Both the position numbers and the translations under genes were made by a program. Below, in pieces: positions 52,273 to 58,842 of a DNA stretch of 58,842 nt. Origin of the DNA: Cyanophora paradoxa CCMP329. Lineage: Eukaryota > Plantae > Glaucophyta. The stretch spans positions 1-58,842 of the forward strand of contig QPMI01000504.1 in assembly GCA_004431415.1 (NCBI GenBank), given 5' to 3'. The notes beneath the pieces are model-generated. The model saw only the letters and a list, made by a program, of their open reading frames with translations. It did not search any database and was not told the DNA's origin. Each line of letters opens with the position of its first letter. The first letter of the stretch is position 1.

Positions 52273-52677
52273 ATGCCCCGCGGCGGCTCTTCCCCCCGTG
52301 TCTCCTTCGCTGAGAACGAAGTCGCCGCTACCCCCCTGGAGCCCGGCGTCAAGCTGGAGCGCGCGAACGCAGTCTCCGTCAAGAAGGCCAAGCGCGCGCT
52401 GGTTCTAGAAGTCCCCAAGACCGCCTCGCAGTTCCTTCCCACGTCCGAGTACGACGGCACGGAAGATACGGAGAAGGTTGCATTCAACAAGCGCAAGACG
52501 TACAAGGCGATACGCGAGGGCCAGCTGCTGCCCACGGACGCGGTTCCCGGGCTGCCGGGCACCACGGCCGGCGAGCTGCTCGTGCGCAACCTGCGCCTGC
52601 AGTACGTCTCCCGCCTCCGCCGCTCCAAGGCCAAGAAGGCGCGCCTGGACTCGGGCGATAGCAGCTCTAGCTCGTAG
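52273..52677 (+). CDS. Viral hypothetical basic protein (134 aa)
   Basis: ATTTTCTA motif at 52241 upstream of the ATG; coding-like codon bias. Confidence 0.6.
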   Translation: MPRGGSSPRVSFAENEVAATPLEPGVKLERANAVSVKKAKRALVLEVPKTASQFLPTSEYDGTEDTEKVAFNKRKTYKAIREGQLLPTDAVPGLPGTTAGELLVRNLRLQYVSRLRRSKAKKARLDSGDSSSSS

Positions 52678-52693
52678 GGCTCTGTACTCAATA

Positions 52694-52978
52694 CTACCAG
52701 TTCCTGTTCCTATCCCAGAGCACGACTCGGGTAAAGGGCACGGTCATAGCGAACATGAACTCGGCAAACTTGGAGAAGTTCATGAGGGTCCCTAGGCGCG
52801 GGTCCTCCCAGTAGATAGCTTCGCGCAGGGACTCGTAGATGCGCATGAGGGAGCGCTCGTTCTCGGTCGCGAAGGCGTCGGAGGGCTCGTCGGGATCCGG
52901 ATCCGAGAGCTCCGAGTACTCGTCCGAGCTGCCAGCGCTCTCGACGCCTGCGGCCGGGTCGGGCGAGGGGTCAGCCAT
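52694..52978 (-). CDS. Viral hypothetical small acidic protein (94 aa)
   Basis: Acidic N-terminus, then F..ENERSLMRIYESL...NFSKFAEFMF. ATTTTCTA lies ~20 nt upstream. Confidence 0.6.
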   Translation of the reverse strand: MADPSPDPAAGVESAGSSDEYSELSDPDPDEPSDAFATENERSLMRIYESLREAIYWEDPRLGTLMNFSKFAEFMFAMTVPFTRVVLWDRNRNW

Positions 52979-53004
52979 TCTTTGCTGGTAGAAGGGCTAG
53001 AAAA

Positions 53005-53346
53005 TCACGGGCGCCGGTACTCCATCGAGTCGCCGCGCCAGTACTTGTTGCCGGAGGCGAGCAGCTTCATCGGCTCGCCCGTCGAGTCGTGCGTCCAGGC
53101 CTCGCCCGTCCAGACGGCCGTGCCGCCGTCCTCTAGCTTGAGGCGGTGGCCCGCCTCGAGCCGATCGCCGTTGAGCATGCGGCCGGCCATGAGCGCCAGG
53201 TCCCACTCGGTGAGGCCGCGCTGCTCTTCGGGGGTGAGGCCGCGCTCGACGCGCTCGGGCTGGCGCGCCTCGCGCTCCATGCGGCTGAGGCCCACCAGGA
53301 AGAAGATCGGCAGCGCAAAGGCCATGAGATCTAGCAGGGCCTCCAT
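53005..53346 (-). CDS. Viral hypothetical protein with N-terminal TM helix (113 aa)
   Basis: MEALLDLMAFALPIFFLVGL..; TTTTCTAA ~11 nt upstream. Confidence 0.6.
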   Translation of the reverse strand: MEALLDLMAFALPIFFLVGLSRMEREARQPERVERGLTPEEQRGLTEWDLALMAGRMLNGDRLEAGHRLKLEDGGTAVWTGEAWTHDSTGEPMKLLASGNKYWRGDSMEYRRP

Positions 53347-53356
53347 TGGGCAAGAC

Positions 53357-53649
53357 TTAGAAAAGGTTCCGGGCCAGGCCCGAGAGCTGCGGGCCCAGGC
53401 GCCGGGCGGCGTAGTAGAGCGCGGCGGCCGCGGCGGCCAGGATCAGAAGGCGCGGCGGGCCGCGCGCGGGCTCCTCCAGGGTCAAGTCCACGGTCTCTGG
53501 CTCGCGGGCCGGCGTCGCCAGGATCTCGGGCTCGGAGCTAAGGGACTTGGGCCCGCGGCGGCGGCGCTGCTTGGGGCGGAGGCGGCGGCGGCGGCGGAGA
53601 GAAGGTCCTCGGGCTCCTGCTTGATACCTGCGCAGTCAGTAAAGTCCAT
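53357..53649 (-). CDS. Viral small Pro-rich protein with C-terminal TM helix (one frameshift; missed by the ORF track)
   Basis: MDFTDCAGIKQEPEDLL, frameshift in a CCG run, then PPPKQRRRRGPKSL..RLLILAAAAAALYYAARRLG..RNLF*. AATTTTCC upstream. Confidence 0.5.
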
Positions 53650-54336
53650 GCTTGCTGGGTACCTCGGAAAATTGTGGGAGGTGCCCGGCGGCTGCGAACG
53701 TAGGATGGGGGGAGAAGTGACGCGGACGCGAATACGTCATAGTCGAATACGTCATAGTCCAAAACCTGGACTCGGGACTCGGCCCGGGCCCTGGGGAGGG
53801 GGGTACATGTTATGTCCAAATGTCCAAATGTCCAAATGTCCAAATGTCCAATTGAAAGGTTGCGGAGGTTGCGGACGCGTCACAAATACGTCATAGTCGA
53901 ATACGTCATAGTCCAAAACCTGGACTTGGGACCTGGGCCCAGACTCTCGCCAAGTTTCAAATAATAATACTGTACCCCTGTTATCTGCAAGCTTATCTTA
54001 TCGTTATCGTGTCACCTATCCTATCCCGATCCTATCGCTATCCTTTCGCGATCGCTTGACTACACTATTGCATTCATTGCTTTTGAATGTAGTTAATGTC
54101 ATAGCAACTTGAACATGATGTCATGATGATTTCAAGTTAAATACCGGGGTACGGTGTTTTGTTCAAGTCTCTTTTTTTTACCGGCAGGGCCCGGGCCGAG
54201 TCCCGAGTCCAGGTTTTGGACTATGACGTATTCGACTATGACGTATTTGTGACGCGTCCGCAACCTCCGCAACCTTTCAGTTAATTAATTAAGCACTGGG
54301 CTAGCGCTAGGCTAGCTAGATATCGATACCAGCTAG

Positions 54337-54765
54337 CTAGCTCAGCTCTACCCTGCCCAAGTTGATGGTATCTAGCAGCGCCTGCTCCTCTAAGTCTGCA
54401 CCGCCTCCTCCTAGCGCTAGCGCTAGCTCGATACCGCCTCCAGACTTGATCTCCCTTGGCTTCAGCCACCGAAGGGGCTCAGGCCACCTCCTCCTGGTGA
54501 AGCCGGTATCGTTGCGCTTGTCCAGCTTGAGGTAGCGGTAGGGCGCCGGCGCCGGCCAGTCGGGCCTGTGGCTGCTGGCCTCCTTGGCTATGTCCTTGGG
54601 CCTACGCGGAAGCAGGTCGGCCTTGGCCTTGGCCTTCTGCAGAGGGCCCAGCGCCTTGAACTTCGGTGCCTTCGTCGCCGGCAGGGCCTTCGGCTGAGGC
54701 TTCGGTGCCTTCTGCGCCTTCGTCTTCGGCTGCGGCTGCGGCTTTAGCTGCTTCGATTTCGGCAT
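54337..54765 (-). CDS. Lys/Pro-rich basic protein (possible DNA-condensing/core protein)
   Basis: MPKSKQLKPQPQPKTKAQKAPKPQPK..; TTTTCTCA motif ~16 nt upstream. Confidence 0.5.
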   Translation of the reverse strand: MPKSKQLKPQPQPKTKAQKAPKPQPKALPATKAPKFKALGPLQKAKAKADLLPRRPKDIAKEASSHRPDWPAPAPYRYLKLDKRNDTGFTRRRWPEPLRWLKPREIKSGGGIELALALGGGGADLEEQALLDTINLGRVELS

Positions 54766-55002
54766 ACTTCTTGCTCATAAATGAGAAAAGCGCCTCGAAG
54801 TCGGCTTTTATCTCCTCCTTGGTCCAGGATGTCATCTGAGTCGGGTCACCTGAGAACGGCGCATCGAACGCCACGTGGAGCGATTTGCAGGCCTGAGCTA
54901 TCATTGGCTCGGCCAGGCCAGCTCGATCAGCTGAAGGTAGATACTGAGGGCCTTGTCGAGCTTGGCGCCCTGGGAGACTAGCTGGGAGATGGCGGGCTCC
55001 AT
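54602..55002 (-). CDS. Viral hypothetical protein with acidic tail (one frameshift near 54915)
   Basis: MEPAISQLVSQGAKLDKALSIYLQLIEL, then LAEPMIAQACKSLHVAF..KEEIKADFEALFSFM. ATTTTCTG upstream at 55031-55039. Confidence 0.55.
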
Positions 55003-55256
55003 GGTACTGGATTAAGCAGCTAGCCGGGGTTCAGAAAATGGCGCCAAGTCCGAGCTTATTTTTTTACCGGCGGGGCCTGGGCCGAGTCCCGAGTCCAGGT
55101 TTTGGACTATGACGTATTCGACTATGACGTATTCGCGTCCGCGTCACTTCCCCCCCCCTCTTCAGGTGAGCGCTCACCTGACCCTCACCTGAACGGCCTC
55201 AAAACCGCAGCCGCGCCGCGCCCTCGCTCACACTTCACAGCCAAGAGAAATCAAGA

Positions 55257-55547
55257 ATGTGCGCCCCCAAGTACGAGACCTGCTGCCTGACCTTCGGCAT
55301 CTTCGAGTACGAGGCCATGGACGAGGATCTCGACGAGAACGGCGAGATCTGCTTCAACTACTGCAGGCTGCTGCGCAACATCTCGCTGGAGTGCCGCAAG
55401 GGCGACTGCTTCCAGCACATCATGCTCAATCCCGCCAAGAACGAGATCACCCTGTACGCCGTCGCCAGCCCCAGCGCCAGATTTAGACTCTCGAATATTC
55501 GCGTAGCCGTGATTGAGGCTCTCCCCCTCCCCAGTGAGACGAATTGA
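55257..55547 (+). CDS. Viral hypothetical Cys-containing protein (96 aa)
   Basis: Intact ORF with strong GC3 bias; no family recognised. Confidence 0.6.
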   Translation: MCAPKYETCCLTFGIFEYEAMDEDLDENGEICFNYCRLLRNISLECRKGDCFQHIMLNPAKNEITLYAVASPSARFRLSNIRVAVIEALPLPSETN

Positions 55548-55661
55548 ACACGTGTTTTACCTGAATCACCTGAGCGCTCACCCGAGGTCAGCCTGAAGTC
55601 AGGTGGGGCGGCCTTAAATATTTTCTAGCGCTAGGCTGATCGCACACTAAGCTCAGACAAC

Positions 55662-56405
55662 ATGGCCACCGTCCGCAACGCCACCGAGATCGACCCCGCC
55701 AAGCTCGCCTTCGAAATCGATGCCAACGGCCGCATCAAGGCCAAGTACGACGGCCTGCAGGGCCTCATGATGTACGCGCCGCCCATGGTCACGATCAACC
55801 CGTGCATCAACACCGAGCAAGGCAAGGCGTGGAGCGACGAGAAGAAGGCCTTCGTCATGGAAGAAAACGGCGGATTTTACACGCTGGACCTCACGATCTC
55901 AGCGCCGTCGACGGCCAGACGAACCCAGCCGCGGACGAGTTCCTCAAGCTGCTGGAGGCCCTGGACGCGAAAATTCTGCGAGTTCGTGCAGCAGAACCAG
56001 GCCAAGCTCAAGGTCTCGCCCGGGCGCGCCCTCTCCAAGGATCAGATCTCGTGCTGCAGACGCCCAGCGTGCGCATCAGGTCGACAAGGAGTCGGGCCAG
56101 GCCTTCTACAAGTACCTCAACATGCGCATCCGCACGCAGACGATGGCGGGCAAGCGCAAGACGATCCCAGTCGTCGACATGTCCAACTACCTCATCACCG
56201 AGCGCGCCACCATCGGCACGGAGACCTGGTGGCGGCCCTCGTTAAAATCGACACCGCCTACGCCATCCCCGAGGGCAAGTTCGGCCTCAAGTGGTCCTTC
56301 CTCGCCGTGCAGCAGTGCAAGGTCGGCGCCTTTCGCTTCGCCGGCCGCACGCCCGAGCTGCCTTCAAGCCCTACGACAACGAGGCCGATTTCGAGCCCTA
56401 CCTAA
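55662..56405 (+). CDS. NCLDV-type single-stranded DNA-binding protein (T7 gp2.5-like OB fold), several frameshifts
   Basis: Reconstructed sequence LMMYAPPM..FYTLDLTI..DEFLKLLEALDAKFCEFVQQN..PSVRIRVDKESG..GDLVAALVKIDTAY..GKFGLKWSFLAV follows the motif order of Nucleocytoviricota SSBs. Confidence 0.72.
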   Translation: MATVRNATEIDPAKLAFEIDANGRIKAKYDGLQGLMMYAPPMVTINPCINTEQGKAWSDEKKAFVMEENGGFYTLDLTISAPSTARRTQPRTSSSSCWRPWTRKFCEFVQQNQAKLKVSPGRALSKDQISCCRRPACASGRQGVGPGLLQVPQHAHPHADDGGQAQDDPSRRHVQLPHHRARHHRHGDLVAALVKIDTAYAIPEGKFGLKWSFLAVQQCKVGAFRFAGRTPELPSSPTTTRPISSPT

Positions 56406-56479
56406 ACCCCGAGTCTATGTACACCACCCCCATGCAGTAGTTTAGACGAATAAATTGTAAATTCTCTGGTGCAATTGAT

Positions 56480-57293
56480 TACAAGCGTTTACAATCAGAG
56501 GCCGTTGAACTTGCCGCCCACCGCCCTGGCTCCGCCGCCGTCGAGGCCGCCGCCTCCGTCACCTCCTTCATCATCTCCGGGTTCGCGTTGGCCGCGTGCA
56601 CCGCCAGCACCGTCTGCACCAGGGCCATCCCCAGCGCGCCTCGGGCCCAGGGTCACGTAGCGCGAGTACTTAATCACCAGCTCCTCTAAGATCGGCTGCA
56701 CCTGGTCCATGGAAGAGAGCGTCGCCTGCCCGAGCCCGTCTAACTTCAGGCCGATCGGATCGTACGCTTTGTTAAGTGCTCCAGCGAGTGCATGCCCGCG
56801 ATCAGAAAGAGGCGCGCCGCCTCCAGCGAACCCCGCGTGCTCAGCTCGCGCTGAATTTCCTCGTACTCTTCTTCAGCTCGTCCAGCGGCGTGGCGAGGCT
56901 CAGCTTCTTCGTGGACGTCAGCTCGCCCCGAACGAGCGCCTGTACTGCGCGATCTGCCGCAGAACCTGCTTCTTCTCGTCCACGTCCACCTGCGCCTCGT
57001 CGCGCGGCCTCTCCTGCAGGTCGATCCCCAGCGCCTTTTTCACGCTCTGCTCCTTCTTCTTCGTCATTTCGATGTGCTCCTGCACGCTGAAGCTCGCGCC
57101 CTTGCTCGGCGCCGTCGGCGGCACCGGGGCCCGTCGCCCGGTAGCGACGTCTTTGTCGGCCTTCGGCGCCTTCTCGCCCTTTTCCTTGCCTTCCTTCGCG
57201 GGGCGGCCCTTCTTCCGAGGCTGCGGGATCCCCACCGGGTTCGGCCCGTCCACGGCCAGCGCGTCGAAGCCCAGCATCGCCGAGGGGGTCCAT
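56480..57293 (-). CDS. DUF5767-like conserved Nucleocytoviricota protein, several frameshifts; 3' end approximate
   Basis: Reconstructed C-terminus EHLTKAYDPIGLKLDGLG..MDQVQPILEELVIKYSRYVTLGP(E)ARLGMALVQTVLAVHAAN fits the recalled DP..lkLdG..EL..KY...PE.rL...H..N pattern. Confidence 0.65.
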
Positions 57294-57329
57294 TGGTTAC
57301 GCTTGCCCCTTAGAAATTTCCTCGGATTT

Positions 57330-57659
57330 TTACTCCGACGTCAGCTCGACGAAGAGCTCGATGTAAAGCCACAGTTCTCGCGCAGCTCGGGCCCGCTCCC
57401 GTTAGAAGAGCGAGCGCACGGCCGAGGCGTACTCCTGCGGCAGCTTCTCGAAAAACTCCGTCGTCCCGCGCCTAATTAATTCGGCCTCCGCGTTGATGTG
57501 CCTCCTAAAGAGAACGATGACCGCCGTGGCGCCTATGCCGCGCAGCGACTGGATCTGCGCCCGCACCCCCGGCTCCTTGGCCTCCGGCTCCAGCAGGTCG
57601 AGGAAGCGGCCCCAGCGCGCCTCGATCTGCTCGCCCAGCGTCGCCTCCGTCGCTGCCAT
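57330..57659 (-). CDS. Small helical viral protein (frameshifted near 57400 and 57375)
   Basis: RFLDLL..IVLFRRHI..ELIRRGTTEFF, then GPELRE(K)LWLYIELFVELTSE*. The I..FF and lW.Y pattern is recalled from small NCLDV proteins. Confidence 0.55.
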
Positions 57660-57674
57660 GTCGCTAAGGGGGCT

Positions 57675-58794
57675 TTAGAAATTAGCGGGCCAGGATGCCG
57701 CCGCCTTTTGGTACATTTCCGCCATGCGTGCGTTGGTTTCCCGTCGGATGTTCTTCTGTCTGTCCTGAGTTCCACGACCATGGCTTGGAATGCCTTTTGG
57801 ATGTCGAACTGATCGTCGGTTTCCATCCCTGCGACAGTACCCTCCTGTCGCACCTGGTTGAGAGCTTCGCGCTGATCCGAGGTTGTAAAGTCTTTCCCTA
57901 CGCGATTGTTGGGTTCACCACCCTCGGCAGCAGATTCTGGTCCGCATACGGCCATGCCGTCGGCAGCGCAGGGCCCGCGTGCCTTGCTGGTCCATGAGCA
58001 TTGCTCCGAAGGATTGCCCTTGCTGAAGTCGACGTCGTTCCGTCCGTACGGCCTGTTGTGCTCGCTGCTGATGTTCGCCGTCTGCGCGTTGAACATGGGC
58101 GAGAGGTCGGGCGTGTAGCCGGCGCGGAAGCCGCCCTTGCCGGCAGCATCGACGGGGCCGTAGCGCCCGGCGGGCCCCAGCAGGTTCTCCTTCTCGATTC
58201 TTCCATCGTCTTGATCCAGCCGCGCTCGCGTGCCCACTTCATGACGAGATCGTCGTAGTTCATCGGGAAGAAAACTTCTGGTACTTATCGAAACGCTGAA
58301 TTTCGATATCCTGCTCGATCATGTTCGTAATTCGCTCGAGCAGCTCGGGGTAATATTCCTCGAGCATTTTAGCCACGCCGGGCTGCTTCAGGTCGAAGGC
58401 CGTCATGGCCCACTGGTCGAAATCGCGAATCATGATTTCCTTCCGCAGCGCGAACGCATTCTCGACGTCCTCTTCGTTTGATCTGGCGGTTGGGATAGGC
58501 ATTCTGCAGCTGCTGCCGAATGCCCATCCGCATCAGCTTCTCCATCTGCGGGGTGTACTTCATCGCGGGCAGGGTCTTCGTGGGAAGGGCCGTCAACCCG
58601 AGGCCCCGCGCCTGATCCTCCGGCGTGTAGATGTCCGCCTTGCCCGGATCTGTGACGTGCACCTCGGGTAGGATCGTGCCGGGCGCATACTTCTCAATGA
58701 TGCCCGTCACCTCGCCCTTCAGGTCGTTCTTCAGCGACTGGCGCTGCTTCTTAGAGCCCTCCCCGATGTCCATCATGGAATGGCCCTTCGTCAT
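57675..58794 (-). CDS. Viral hypothetical protein (several frameshifts; ends approximate)
   Basis: Successive coding frames include RDFDQWAMTAFDLKQPGVAKMLEEYYPELLERITNMI and PMNYDDLVMKWARERGWI. Confidence 0.55.
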
Positions 58795-58842
58795 CGTGCC
58801 TCGGTTAGGATCCCAGTGGGAAAATTTATTGGTTCACATCGG

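Larger units (their letters stand above)
53714..55150. repeat. Nested inverted repeats A-B-[AT-rich]-B'-[2 ORFs]-A'
   Basis: Core AATACGTCATAGTCGAATACGTCATAGTCCAAAACCTGGACT is forward at 53714-53791 and 53853-53940, and reversed at 54187-54279 and 55073-55150. Five TGTCCAAA units lie at 53813-53851. Confidence 0.92.
42100..58842. mobile_element. Endogenous DNA-virus-like element, probably small Nucleocytoviricota (mriyavirus/yaravirus-like); left boundary approximate, right end outside the window
   Basis: Abrupt switch to higher GC and tightly packed, almost intronless ORFs. Contains a YqaJ exonuclease, OBP-type helicase, NCLDV-like SSB, DUF5767-like protein, small TM proteins and a shared upstream motif. 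Confidence 0.82.

Noticed and set aside
45345-57479. Long antisense or alternative-frame ORFs (e.g. 45911-46777 +, 47620-48225 +, 50159-51133 -, 52982-53896 +, 56709-57479 +)
   Set aside because: Shadow ORFs of high-GC3 genes on the opposite strand; Arg/Ala/Gly-rich with no motifs.
42100-58842. Classical Polinton/Maverick or virophage
   Set aside because: No protein-primed PolB, retroviral integrase, adenain protease or long TIR is visible in the window, and the markers point to Nucleocytoviricota. Not fully excluded, because the element is truncated by the window.

Overview
This is the left end of a linear eukaryotic chromosome. About 4.93 kb of (CCCTAA)n telomere is followed, after only ~0.8 kb of subtelomere, by a compact host region (~5.7-41 kb) rich in short introns. 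ODAD1 and LZTFL1 indicate a flagellated protist, and ERG28 indicates sterol synthesis. Host genes: ARMC7, U2AF2, LEO1, a CHY-type zinc finger, MCM6, a USP3-like deubiquitinase, ERG28, LZTFL1, an At4g28440-like OB-fold protein, a miniature COX4-like protein, a helical-domain/TKL-kinase/TPR protein, ODAD1 and THOC7. Intergenic DNA carries several dispersed non-autonomous repeat families. From ~42.1 kb to the window end lies a GC-rich, gene-dense, almost intronless endogenous DNA-virus-like element that probably belongs to the small Nucleocytoviricota (mriyavirus/yaravirus-like) and continues beyond the window. It encodes a YqaJ/lambda-type exonuclease, a UL9/origin-binding-protein-type SF2 helicase, an NCLDV-type SSB, a DUF5767-like protein and many small membrane proteins; no capsid, polymerase or integrase is visible here. 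The most striking structure is an exonuclease / 89-bp hairpin array / helicase module: the same 50-bp palindrome also brackets the helicase in inverted orientation, and nearly all its arm mismatches are strand-specific G.T wobbles. Also notable are nested inverted repeats around an AT-rich core, a shared (A/T)TTTCTA motif upstream of most viral ATGs, and a spliceosomal-type intron in a viral gene. All family assignments come from motif recognition by eye and need HMM confirmation. Coordinates of spliced genes are start-to-stop spans.
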